A stretch of DNA of 64,000 nucleotides from Candidatus Kapaibacterium sp. (GCA_963665665.1 OY762428.1:1792001-1856000); one strand, 5' to 3'; counted from the first letter of the stretch, positions 38,847-47,423 are shown. Made by a program: numbers and translations. The notes: generated by a model not told the origin, from the sequence alone.

Positions 38847-40682
38847 CTATTTTTTCCCGAGTTTTATCTCTGTGCTGTTTGTTTCTCCGTCGCGTTCATA
38901 TTCAATTGTGATTGTATCGCCGGGGTTCATTTCCCGTATCATGAATTCGATATCGTAACGGTTATTTACTTCGGTTCCGTTTACAGTTTTGATTATATCG
39001 CCTTTTTTAACTTTTTTTGCAGCCGGGCTTTTCCTTTCAAACCCTGAAATAAGTATTCCGTCCTCATCATCCATTTCTTCTTCAATGCCAATAAATGCGC
39101 CGTTTCCGGGCATTGTATATGCCAGATCGGAATAAATATTTATGCCGCTTTTGCAGTCAGGTTTCGAATTGTTTGAAGCGATTTTTTTCAACAGGTAATC
39201 AGCAGTTTCAACTATCTTTTCCATACCTTTGTAGCGAATTTTTCTTTCAATATCATCCGGCTCTTTAATATCTTCATGCAGGCCGCTGGACAGCATAAGG
39301 AATGGAATACCACTATTATAAAATGCCTCGTGGTCCGAAGACAGGTCGCCATTGACAGCGCCGATAATATTAAGATCGGTATCAACAGCAAGCGTATCCA
39401 CAATTGATGTTAATAATCCTGAACTATTTATACCATAGATGCTAAGTTTGTCATCATCGAGCCTGCCGATTATATTCATATTTATAATTGAATTAATATT
39501 TGCAAGCGGAACGGGCGGTTTTGCAATAAAAGCGTTCGATCCTGTAAGCCCTGCTTCTTTTCCTCCGAAGAAAGCAAATATTACAGGCCTTGGGAGCGGA
39601 TTGGCAGCAGTCATCCTTGCAAGTTCAAGAACACCGGCACAACCGGAAGCATTATCATCCGCACCATTCATTACCTGTGGCTTATAGAATATCCTGCGTA
39701 TGGATTTTTCTTTTTTCCCAAGATGGTCGTGGTTTGCACAAACTACTATAAATTGATCTTTCAGCGCCGGGTCATTACCTTCAACCATGCCAAATATATT
39801 GGCTGTCATCTCAGTTTTGTCAGTCATCTGAAGTTTAAGATTAATTGATACGTCGGGCAGTTCGAAACTTACAGGCTGCAAAGTTTTATCAATTTTTAAT
39901 TCCATGGGAACTATCTGGTATTCCTTGTTCCTTGGGAAAAACTTTGCAACTTCGTCCCTGTTTACCTGAATACATACTATACCTGATTTTTTTGGAACCG
40001 AGATATTTGTTAAGGGCTCGTAAACACTTGCAGAATCGCCTTTTACCTTGATTAGCAGAAGGCCTGCGGCTCCGTGCTTTTCGGCATTTTTTGCTTTGTA
40101 TTCCATTGATGCAAAGGGATCAAAAGGGCCGCCCTTTTTTTCTTTGTCCGGGGAATTGGAAAGAGAAATTACAACTTTGCCTTTCACATCAACACCGGCA
40201 TAATCATCATAATTTAGCTCCGGAGCGCTTATCCCATAGCCTACGAAAACCAGATTTGTAGAAATCTCACCATCGCCGCTGAATGGCAACGGAGACCATT
40301 CCTGCCCGAATGTCCATTTTTTCTCTACTTTTCTCCACTTATCTTTCGGAAGGCCCGGCCTTGGAAGGAGGGTATTGAATGAAATGGCTGATTCTGCGGA
40401 AGGTGTTACCCCCGTAGGAACTGGGAATTCCATACTCCAGTTGCCATTAACTGGCTTTAAGCCGTAAAGCTTCATTTTTTCAAGAATATAATTTCTGGCA
40501 GCAACATCACCTGCAGATGCAGGATAACGACCCTGTAAATCTGAAGAAGCAAGAAAAGAAACATGTTCTTTCAGGTTGGATTTAATATCAGCTTCATTCT
40601 GCGCAAACAGACATGAGATTTGAATACTACCAATCAGGAAAGCAAGCAAAAGGCTTTTAGTAATTTTTTTCATTTTGAACAC
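38847..40682 (-). CDS. M28-peptidase-like protein with PA and PDZ domains (catalytic residues altered)
   Basis: 'ANHDH', 'NGADDNASG', 'SDH'; PA domain 'FVGYGI....YDDYAG.DVKGK'; C-terminal PDZ 'SPAAK..KKGDII'. Confidence 0.88.
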   Translation of the reverse strand: MFKMKKITKSLLLAFLIGSIQISCLFAQNEADIKSNLKEHVSFLASSDLQGRYPASAGDVAARNYILEKMKLYGLKPVNGNWSMEFPVPTGVTPSAESAISFNTLLPRPGLPKDKWRKVEKKWTFGQEWSPLPFSGDGEISTNLVFVGYGISAPELNYDDYAGVDVKGKVVISLSNSPDKEKKGGPFDPFASMEYKAKNAEKHGAAGLLLIKVKGDSASVYEPLTNISVPKKSGIVCIQVNRDEVAKFFPRNKEYQIVPMELKIDKTLQPVSFELPDVSINLKLQMTDKTEMTANIFGMVEGNDPALKDQFIVVCANHDHLGKKEKSIRRIFYKPQVMNGADDNASGCAGVLELARMTAANPLPRPVIFAFFGGKEAGLTGSNAFIAKPPVPLANINSIINMNIIGRLDDDKLSIYGINSSGLLTSIVDTLAVDTDLNIIGAVNGDLSSDHEAFYNSGIPFLMLSSGLHEDIKEPDDIERKIRYKGMEKIVETADYLLKKIASNNSKPDCKSGINIYSDLAYTMPGNGAFIGIEEEMDDEDGILISGFERKSPAAKKVKKGDIIKTVNGTEVNNRYDIEFMIREMNPGDTITIEYERDGETNSTEIKLGKK

Positions 40683-40878
40683 TCCATTATCATCTCAGAT
40701 CCGAAAAACCCAAACAAGGGGAAAAAACTCAGTTGGCAATTTATATTAAGCGAATGATTAATGCAAGAAAAAGGACGAATTTATATTGGTATAAATGGAT
40801 TTATGCACTAAAAAATAAATTATGCCGCCCCGAATGGAGCGGCACCAATATTAGTCGGAGAGGGAATCCAAAAAATAA

Positions 40879-41664
40879 CTACTTAAGTGAAAAAGTTATT
40901 GGTATGTTTACCCAGCATTTTACAGGGTTATTGTGCATGATTGCCGGAGTATAAGTAGCATTCATAACTGCTTTAATGGCAGCTTCTTCAAGCAACAGGC
41001 TGGATGAATACGTAATCTTTGCTTTTTCCGGTTTGCCGTATTTACCAACAAGAACCATCACGACAACTTTACCCTCTGTGCCTGATTCTCTTGCAAGGTG
41101 CGGATAAACAATACTTTTTTGCAATGCAGGAAGATCTACTCCCGGCTCCTTGTCAACCATTAACATAATTTCCGGGTCAGGTTCCGGTTCAATCTTTGAT
41201 TCGATTTGGATCTTTGTTTTCCCATCGTCGAAAACCGACTGCGGATTGTCGAAAATATCCCCGATAACATCACCGGCAACTGACAGTGAACGATGGATTT
41301 CATTCACGCTTGCAAAAACGTTATCTATCTCCTTCAAATCTGTTTCCGGTATCGGAATAGGATTTCCTGCAACCATTCCGCTGCCGATAATTAATTTCGG
41401 ATTATTAGGGATCACCGGCGGTGCAATTTCTGTTTTAATATCGTATAGTCCGAGAGTGGTAACAATATGCGTATTATCAATTGGGGCAGTAATTATTTCG
41501 GAATTGCTGCTGCTGATAATAGCAAAATAAACCACAAATATCAAAATAAAGAACGACATGCTGAAAGCGAACCCCCTCGCGGTATTGGAACGGATCTGGT
41601 CCATTAGTTCCCTGGCGGGAGAGAGTATCATTACTTTTCCGGGTTTTGTATAAGCCCTTTTCAT
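40879..41664 (-). CDS. Energy transducer TonB family protein
   Basis: N-terminal TM; Pro-rich linker; C-terminal 'YPHLARESGTEGKVVV...PA..NNPVKCWVNIPITF'. Confidence 0.88.
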   Translation of the reverse strand: MKRAYTKPGKVMILSPARELMDQIRSNTARGFAFSMSFFILIFVVYFAIISSSNSEIITAPIDNTHIVTTLGLYDIKTEIAPPVIPNNPKLIIGSGMVAGNPIPIPETDLKEIDNVFASVNEIHRSLSVAGDVIGDIFDNPQSVFDDGKTKIQIESKIEPEPDPEIMLMVDKEPGVDLPALQKSIVYPHLARESGTEGKVVVMVLVGKYGKPEKAKITYSSSLLLEEAAIKAVMNATYTPAIMHNNPVKCWVNIPITFSLK

Positions 41665-41861
41665 ATCACCTCCTAAGTTTAAAAATACTTTCCGAGGAGC
41701 TTATCATTTCGGTCGGCCATATCCGGATAATGTATGCAACCGTTCTTACTATTCAGACACTGGCAGGATCAAAAAAGTTACAGCGGCTATTTTCAGACAT
41801 CCGGAATCAATGTAAATTTAATTGTCTTAGTTTTAAATATTCCAACAAAGTTTACTACCCC

Positions 41862-41940
41862 TCCCCAACACACCCAGTGTGGAACCCTCACCGAAAGGGA
41901 GTGCTTGGCAGTATACACCTCCGATGGAGGGTTTTGGGGA
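41862..41940 (-). other. GC-rich multi-stem structure upstream of tonB (candidate structured RNA or decayed repeat)
   Basis: Closing stem TCCCCAA/TTGGGGA, inner AACCCTC/GAGGGTT stem and CACAC-TGG-GTGTG hairpin, within AT-rich intergenic DNA. Confidence 0.4.
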
Positions 41941-42161
41941 TATATAGGATAATAATATATCATAGTTCAGATAATCTGATGAGGTAATGGCTGATTTCAG
42001 CAGACTGGATTATGGGTGGCTTGTAAATAAAAAAATCATATTCTCGGGAGCAAGTTATTCTTGATGTGCGCAAGGCTGTTTACTGTGAATATACAAAAAT
42101 AATTGAAAACATCAGTTTATCATGGCAGTTCCGGCAATATTGATTCGGGGTGAAGTGATTT

Positions 42162-42207
42162 AATTTATTGCTGTCCGGGCTATTTTGTATATACATTGTT
42201 AGCAGCA
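42162..42207 (-). repeat. Truncated attC-like site (R''/L'' half) after cassette 2
   Basis: TGCTGCTAAC-AATGTATATACAAAATAGCCCGGACAGCAATAAATT is nearly identical to 43037-42998 and lies just after the stop codon. Confidence 0.7.
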
Positions 42208-42215
42208 TACCTTTT

Positions 42216-42899
42216 TTATTTTTCTCTGTTATCATAGAAATATTCACCAAGTTCAATAACCTTATTTTCAGTAGAGTCCTTCGCCTGATGTTTGAATTCT
42301 CTTATCAATTTGTTGGAAATTTCATTGCCAAACGTCCTTAATGTCTCGTAAGCGTCTGCCCGATAAACTTCCTGTTCTGTTTTGTCAAATAGAATTTGTC
42401 CCATTAGATCAGTCGCAGGTTGATAGTCAATCTTTTGAAATCCGAGAATGGCGTATCGTCTGTACTTCATTTGCTTGTCTTCAATTTTCTCTGTCAGTAT
42501 CGGTCCAATTTCTTTACCTGCTTCTTCGATCGGTCTGACTAAATATCCTTCGGCAACTGATTGGTTATGAAAAACAGAATAGTAATGGAAAGCACATTTT
42601 TTGTCGATTACTTGTTCAACTGTGAAGTGATAAATTAAAGTCAATACTATTACGGCTCCTGCTGTCTTAAAATTCTTTTTTCTCAGTTGAAGAAATCCGA
42701 ACACAAAGAGGTTCGCTGTAACCAACCAAAAAAATGTCTTGTAGAAGAATATCGAAGTCAGGGCAATGTCGAGCATTAGCAATTCTTTTCCTTCTGGAAT
42801 CCAAGCGTAGTTGTCCGTCCAAGTCCGCATTTTCCAAAATCCAATTACCAACAAACTGGTAATCAAATAGGGTAATATTTTCTTGGCAAGTGTCTTCAT
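42216..42899 (-). CDS. Hypothetical membrane protein with a HEAT-like helical C terminus (cassette 2)
   Basis: Three TM segments, then helical 'RRYAILG....YQPA..LM.QIL...YRADAYETL'. The start is moved to ATG 42899 because the ORF-track start lies inside the attC-like site. Confidence 0.75.
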   Translation of the reverse strand: MKTLAKKILPYLITSLLVIGFWKMRTWTDNYAWIPEGKELLMLDIALTSIFFYKTFFWLVTANLFVFGFLQLRKKNFKTAGAVIVLTLIYHFTVEQVIDKKCAFHYYSVFHNQSVAEGYLVRPIEEAGKEIGPILTEKIEDKQMKYRRYAILGFQKIDYQPATDLMGQILFDKTEQEVYRADAYETLRTFGNEISNKLIREFKHQAKDSTENKVIELGEYFYDNREK

Positions 42900-42910
42900 T
42901 TTATGGTTGC

Positions 42911-43041
42911 AGGTAACGTTTAGTATATGCAAAGTAGGCGATTGCGGACTTCAAACCTGTCAAACCGAGATGAAGTTGAAGCGGGCAACAACCGTTGAAT
43001 TTATTACTGTCCCGGCCTATTTTGTATATACATTGTTGTGT
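42911..43041 (-). mobile_element. attC-like recombination site (131 bp) between two gene cassettes
   Basis: On -, ACACAAC...GTTACCT ends enclose a 16-bp imperfect inverted repeat (GTATATACAAAATAGG / CCTACTTTGCATATAC). The site fills the stop-to-start gap. Confidence 0.75.
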
Positions 43042-43050
43042 GTTCGTGCA

Positions 43051-43566
43051 TTATTCATTCAGTTTATTTATCAAATCTATCCATTTTTCCGACTCAAACA
43101 ACATCCTCCTTTTAGTCAATACATTTGAAATCCTTGTTGCAATCAATCCACCATAAACCATTAGTTCTTGTATATTCATACTACTTTGGATATGTTGATT
43201 ACACCTGGCTGAATATAATCCTAAGTTCTCTATTGAACTCTTACTGTCAGGGTTTTGATTACGAGAAAGTAAATGTCCCCACTCATATTTTATGTAATCA
43301 CAATCCCAATCTGCAGGTCTATTCCAACAAAGAGGTAATTCAGTCCCCTCAACGTGAAAAAATGGTCTCTTATCCTGAGTGTCAAAGAGTAGATTTACAA
43401 TTTCTTTTAAAATCAGCTTTTTATCATTAGTGAATCGAATATCTGGAAAATCCGGTTTAATGTGATTTATCATAGTTTTCACTAATCTATCATCCTCTAA
43501 GTCTTTTATATAAGCCTCAGAATTACTTTCGATTATTTTTCTGTGGTCAATTAACTTCATCGTCAT
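43051..43566 (-). CDS. HNH-like (beta-beta-alpha-metal) nuclease candidate (cassette 1)
   Basis: 'YEWGHLLSR...SSIENLGLYSARCNQH' resembles the xGH...NL...CN HNH core. GTTGGGC lies 10 nt before the ATG. Confidence 0.6.
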   Translation of the reverse strand: MTMKLIDHRKIIESNSEAYIKDLEDDRLVKTMINHIKPDFPDIRFTNDKKLILKEIVNLLFDTQDKRPFFHVEGTELPLCWNRPADWDCDYIKYEWGHLLSRNQNPDSKSSIENLGLYSARCNQHIQSSMNIQELMVYGGLIATRISNVLTKRRMLFESEKWIDLINKLNE

Positions 43567-43647
43567 TTTTAATTAAGCCCAACAGTTAATTAAAACCAAT
43601 TTAACAAAAAAATAATAAATAATTTGCAATATCGGCTTTATTAAGCC

Positions 43648-43677
43648 AAAAAAAAAGCCCGGGACGAATCCGGGCTG
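43648..43677 (-). terminator. Intrinsic terminator of the dipeptidase gene
   Basis: AGCCCGG...CCGGGCT hairpin with a long A run on +. Confidence 0.75.
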
Positions 43678-43701
43678 AAGTTAAAAAGTTGATTTAGAAT
43701 T

Positions 43702-45357
43702 CTACTTTTCCTGCCATTCCACATCATAGAAGCCGGGCCTTTCTTTCAGAACCTGCTTCAGGAATTCCTCGCCGTAAAACGAGCTTTTCGGGTGGCGGCC
43801 GCCGTCGTTGTTCACGTCGTTTATATAGCCGTCATTGTATTTCATTACAAGCTGTTTCCAGAGGTCGCGCCAGATGTCAACCGTCATTTCCGCCTGGCTT
43901 ACGGAATAATCGCTAAGATAGTCGATAGCAGCCTGTTTGTCATTTTTATACATTTCCATTGCAGTTTTTTCAATTGCTGCCTGGTTTTTGTGGAATTTAT
44001 TTTCCAGCACCGACTGAACTGCCTGAATATCCTTTATCACATAGCTATATTTTGTGTAGGCTATGTTTGCAACCAGGTTGAATATCCAGAAACCTGATTC
44101 AAGCGAGAAATCATTGATAGCGCCTGTAATGTATGATTTCGGAGCTTCTTTCATGCAGCAGTAAAGCGGCTGATAAACGTTGGAATAATTATCGTCCACG
44201 CCATACCAGAAGCATCCGCCGATCTCATCAGGAAGGAAGCTGCGGCTCTGTGATACAAAGGCAAAAGCTGTCTGCTGGGTTGACACGGGGCGTCCCCATC
44301 CGCATGATTTGGAAGTATCGTTCGGGTTTTTCCATACAAGGCCTTTCCAGCGGTAAGGGCATCCGTAAGGGCCTGAAGCAAGACCTTTTGTCATATCGTA
44401 TTCAGTGCCTTCAAAGTGGTCTCTCATCAGGGCTATAACATCCTGAACGCTAAGTTTTTTATCCGGTTTGATAAACAGGGGATAAGGTTCGGCATCTTTT
44501 ACTGCGCGCCAGTAATCTTCAGGAAGGTCAAGCGATGGTGCCGCCCTGCGGAAAATTGACCATACCCTGCCCTCGCAGAATAAAGCGCCGCCCGGATCCA
44601 GCGGACAATATGCATCCATGAAACTGAAGGGTCCGTCTTCTTCTTTGTAATAGCCGTTTTCTTTAGCAAATTCAATAACATCCGGGGAATAAATGCAATT
44701 TTCGGGATCATCAAGCGGGAATTCCCTGATCCTTGACTGGTTTGCATGAACGCAGATATATCCGTCCGGCACCCTGCGGGCAACCCATACGGCTCCTTTT
44801 TCCTTGCCGCCCTTGCCTATCATCTCAAGTATCCATGCCTCGTTGGGGTCGCTAACGGAAAAGCTTTCGCCTGTGCTGTAATATCCGTATTTTGCTACGA
44901 GGCCGGTCATCACTTTAATGGCTTCGCGGGCTGTTTTAGCGCGGTGCAGGCCCAGCCACATCAGCGATCCGTAATCAATAATACCGGTAGAATCTTTAAG
45001 TTCTTTATGTCCGGTGAAGGTGGTTTCCCCTATGCTCACCTGGTGTTCGTTCATATTGCCGACAACCTGGTAAGTATGTGAAACCTGTGGAATTTTGCCA
45101 AGGAATTTTCCGGAATCCCACTCGTAAATTTCTATCATCGTGCCGGGTTCGTGATCCATTGCCGGCTTGTAGTAGAGTTTTTCCATGAAGCCGCCCGCGT
45201 CGGCATTGTATGTTATCATAACCGATCCGTCGGCGGAAGCGCCTTTGGATACCAGTATATTGGTACAGGAGATCAGTTCATTTACTCCAAAAGCCATAAG
45301 AAAAAGAAATATCGCACTAATCGTTGAGATTTTTCGCATTAAGCCCTCGTAATTCAT
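43702..45357 (-). CDS. C69 family dipeptidase (exported)
   Basis: Signal peptide followed by the N-terminal nucleophile 'CTN'; 'GNMNEHQVSIGETTF', 'TAREAI', 'GESFS..DPNEAWILEMIG', 'HANQSRI'. Confidence 0.93.
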   Translation of the reverse strand: MNYEGLMRKISTISAIFLFLMAFGVNELISCTNILVSKGASADGSVMITYNADAGGFMEKLYYKPAMDHEPGTMIEIYEWDSGKFLGKIPQVSHTYQVVGNMNEHQVSIGETTFTGHKELKDSTGIIDYGSLMWLGLHRAKTAREAIKVMTGLVAKYGYYSTGESFSVSDPNEAWILEMIGKGGKEKGAVWVARRVPDGYICVHANQSRIREFPLDDPENCIYSPDVIEFAKENGYYKEEDGPFSFMDAYCPLDPGGALFCEGRVWSIFRRAAPSLDLPEDYWRAVKDAEPYPLFIKPDKKLSVQDVIALMRDHFEGTEYDMTKGLASGPYGCPYRWKGLVWKNPNDTSKSCGWGRPVSTQQTAFAFVSQSRSFLPDEIGGCFWYGVDDNYSNVYQPLYCCMKEAPKSYITGAINDFSLESGFWIFNLVANIAYTKYSYVIKDIQAVQSVLENKFHKNQAAIEKTAMEMYKNDKQAAIDYLSDYSVSQAEMTVDIWRDLWKQLVMKYNDGYINDVNNDGGRHPKSSFYGEEFLKQVLKERPGFYDVEWQEK

Positions 45358-45663
45358 TCAGTAAAACATATATAAATCATTAAATAACTTTCATATTAAA
45401 TCATCGCAAAATTGCAATCGAAAAAGTTAATAATATTTGGGGATATAGAAAAGAACTTTAGGAAATAAACTTGAAATTGGACGGAACATTATATATATTA
45501 TCCTCGTCAAATAATAAAGGCCGATTTTGTTGTTATGAGTTTTTTGAGAAAAGGAGATGGGATGATTAAACTGTGGTATTGGTAATAATACTCGGGCGCT
45601 GATTTATGTGTTTTGGTTAATTTTTTGAGATAGTTACTTTTAATTATTCGGGGAGAACAATGT

Positions 45664-46368
45664 ATGGGATCACTGATAAAGATTTTTATTGTTATTATAC
45701 TCATAATATCATCTTATAGTAGTTCAAACTGTAAGAAGGAGTCAAATGCTTATTACGAGTATAATTATATACTCGGAAGAAACATTATTACCACAGACGA
45801 GTGGGACGAAATAGATAGTAATAAATTTAATCCTTATAGCCGAAGTTTAAGGTATTATCGGCCTTTCAAAGAACTATATAAGTATGTCAAAGAATTTTAC
45901 TGGGAGGATGAGTTCGTATTACTTTTCGGAGAAGTTAATACGATGACTTTTCTTTTTCAGGATAGCTCTATGATTTTTAAGCGGCTTCCAGGTGTAACCT
46001 GCGACTTTTGTTTCTTTGTAAAACAACCAGATAATAAAACTCGATTAGTATATACGAAATCGGTAAAACCGGTGATAGTTATATCAGATATTGAACTATC
46101 AAATGACACTTTATCTTTTAGTAATTTTGATAAATTATATGACATTAATGACTCATGTGATAATATTTCCTATTCTGCATATTATAATATTCTCATATAT
46201 GCTTTTCTTAATGACGGATACAAGGAATCATTTTTTAGAGAAACATGGATATATCCGTTTAAAGAAAAAGGCAATCGATGTCATCCTGAACAATCAAAGG
46301 AACTTGTAAAGATATTGCAATTTTTAACAAAGTATGATCTTTTTACTTATAATCCATTAAAGGATTAA
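45664..46368 (+). CDS. Hypothetical exported protein
   Basis: Signal-peptide-like N terminus; AT-rich; GGAG RBS. Confidence 0.6.
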   Translation: MGSLIKIFIVIILIISSYSSSNCKKESNAYYEYNYILGRNIITTDEWDEIDSNKFNPYSRSLRYYRPFKELYKYVKEFYWEDEFVLLFGEVNTMTFLFQDSSMIFKRLPGVTCDFCFFVKQPDNKTRLVYTKSVKPVIVISDIELSNDTLSFSNFDKLYDINDSCDNISYSAYYNILIYAFLNDGYKESFFRETWIYPFKEKGNRCHPEQSKELVKILQFLTKYDLFTYNPLKD

Positions 46369-46387
46369 AATTCGAAAGGGATGCACC

Positions 46388-46915
46388 ATGTACAAAACAA
46401 TTATATTTTTGACAATTATATTAATATTCGGCGCTTGCGGAAAAAGAGAAAAGGTAATAGAAAAATTTGCAGATGGAAAGATCATGTCTGTCCACGAAGT
46501 AGTAAACAACGTTCCGGATGGAAAAATGACTCTGTATTACCGAAATGGGCAAATTCAATATGAAGGAGAAATGACTTATGGTAGAAATTCGGGTACACAT
46601 AAGCAGTATTATGAATCCGGAAAAATTCGGGCCATCCTGGAATTCAATAATTCAGGCAGTTTAAGAAATTGTAATTACTGGGGTGAAAACGGCGAACACA
46701 TGGTTGTTGACGGGGACGGAACCTATATTTTGTACTATCCGGATGGAACTAAAGAATCACAGTTTACTTATAGAAACAGCCAATTAGTCGACACATCATT
46801 TAGATGGTACAGAAACGGAAATATTGAAAGGGAAGTTTATTATCGAAATGGCAAAATAATAGGAGAACCGAGACACTGGAAAAAGGATGGCAGCGAGTAT
46901 AATAATGATTATTAA
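46388..46915 (+). CDS. MORN-variant repeat lipoprotein (YwqK-like)
   Basis: Lipobox 'FGAC'; repeats 'YYRNGQIQYEG', 'YYESGKI', 'YYPDGTKE', 'WYRNGNI'. Confidence 0.85.
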   Translation: MYKTIIFLTIILIFGACGKREKVIEKFADGKIMSVHEVVNNVPDGKMTLYYRNGQIQYEGEMTYGRNSGTHKQYYESGKIRAILEFNNSGSLRNCNYWGENGEHMVVDGDGTYILYYPDGTKESQFTYRNSQLVDTSFRWYRNGNIEREVYYRNGKIIGEPRHWKKDGSEYNNDY

Positions 46916-47023
46916 AATTATTTTAAGGAGGGTTTCAATTGAAAGTCAGGCAGAGATTTAAAAGATGGAGGTTGCCCTGTTATCAGGTATTTGTTCAGAT
47001 TTGATAAATTTCTCTCAAATTAT

Positions 47024-47140
47024 AACCACGTGCTTTAGCTCGTGGATGGAAGTAATAATCCCTCAACCTCTGGGTTAACCCTGAGGTTGAAGGATGGCTA
47101 TAAAGAAGTACTCTCTCCACGACATAAAAGTCGTTGCAAT
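47024..47140. repeat. Tripartite palindromic element (REPIN/PATE-like)
   Basis: Left hairpin CCACG..TTTA..CGTGG, a central 38-bp palindrome and an inverted right hairpin CCACGAC..AAAA..GTCGTTG. Confidence 0.6.
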
Positions 47141-47423
47141 TGGAATATTAATAACCCTATTACGAAGTTGCAAATCGTAATGCTGTTTTCCTGAAGCTTT
47201 GCTTCGCAAATCCAAAGCAAAACTTTAAGGAAAATGGCCTTACCGGGTACAACATTGGAAGGAGTACCAATCTTTCTAAGATCAAAGCCTGTCCCAACAG
47301 ATAGATGATCTTTCATCCTTTTAAAGACTAACAAACAATATGTGGCATATCTCTGTATCTACGGAATATTTATTATTTTGCAATTTTTTCAGTTAAATTT
47401 TTATTTGATATTAGTGAACAACT

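Noticed and set aside
40822-40844. TATGCCGCCCC matching the flank of the GTA-hairpin repeats
   Set aside because: It lacks the TAC/GTA loop. It forms a TGCCGC…GCGGCA hairpin just after tonB, better explained as a terminator.
41755-41810. Cobalamin riboswitch upstream of tonB (GCCGCTGTAA…GATCCTGCC on -)
   Set aside because: The GGGAA and AGCCAG/B12-box elements and supporting stems are not evident; likely a chance resemblance. An Rfam scan would settle it.
41862-41940. tRNA gene (7-bp closing stem, 79 nt)
   Set aside because: No TTCRA T-loop, no D-loop GG and no 7-nt anticodon loop on either strand.
42080-42102. Right half of the second attC-like site (GAATATACAAAAATA)
   Set aside because: It is at a plausible distance but low-complexity and lacks the AAC/GTT core, so the second site is treated as truncated.
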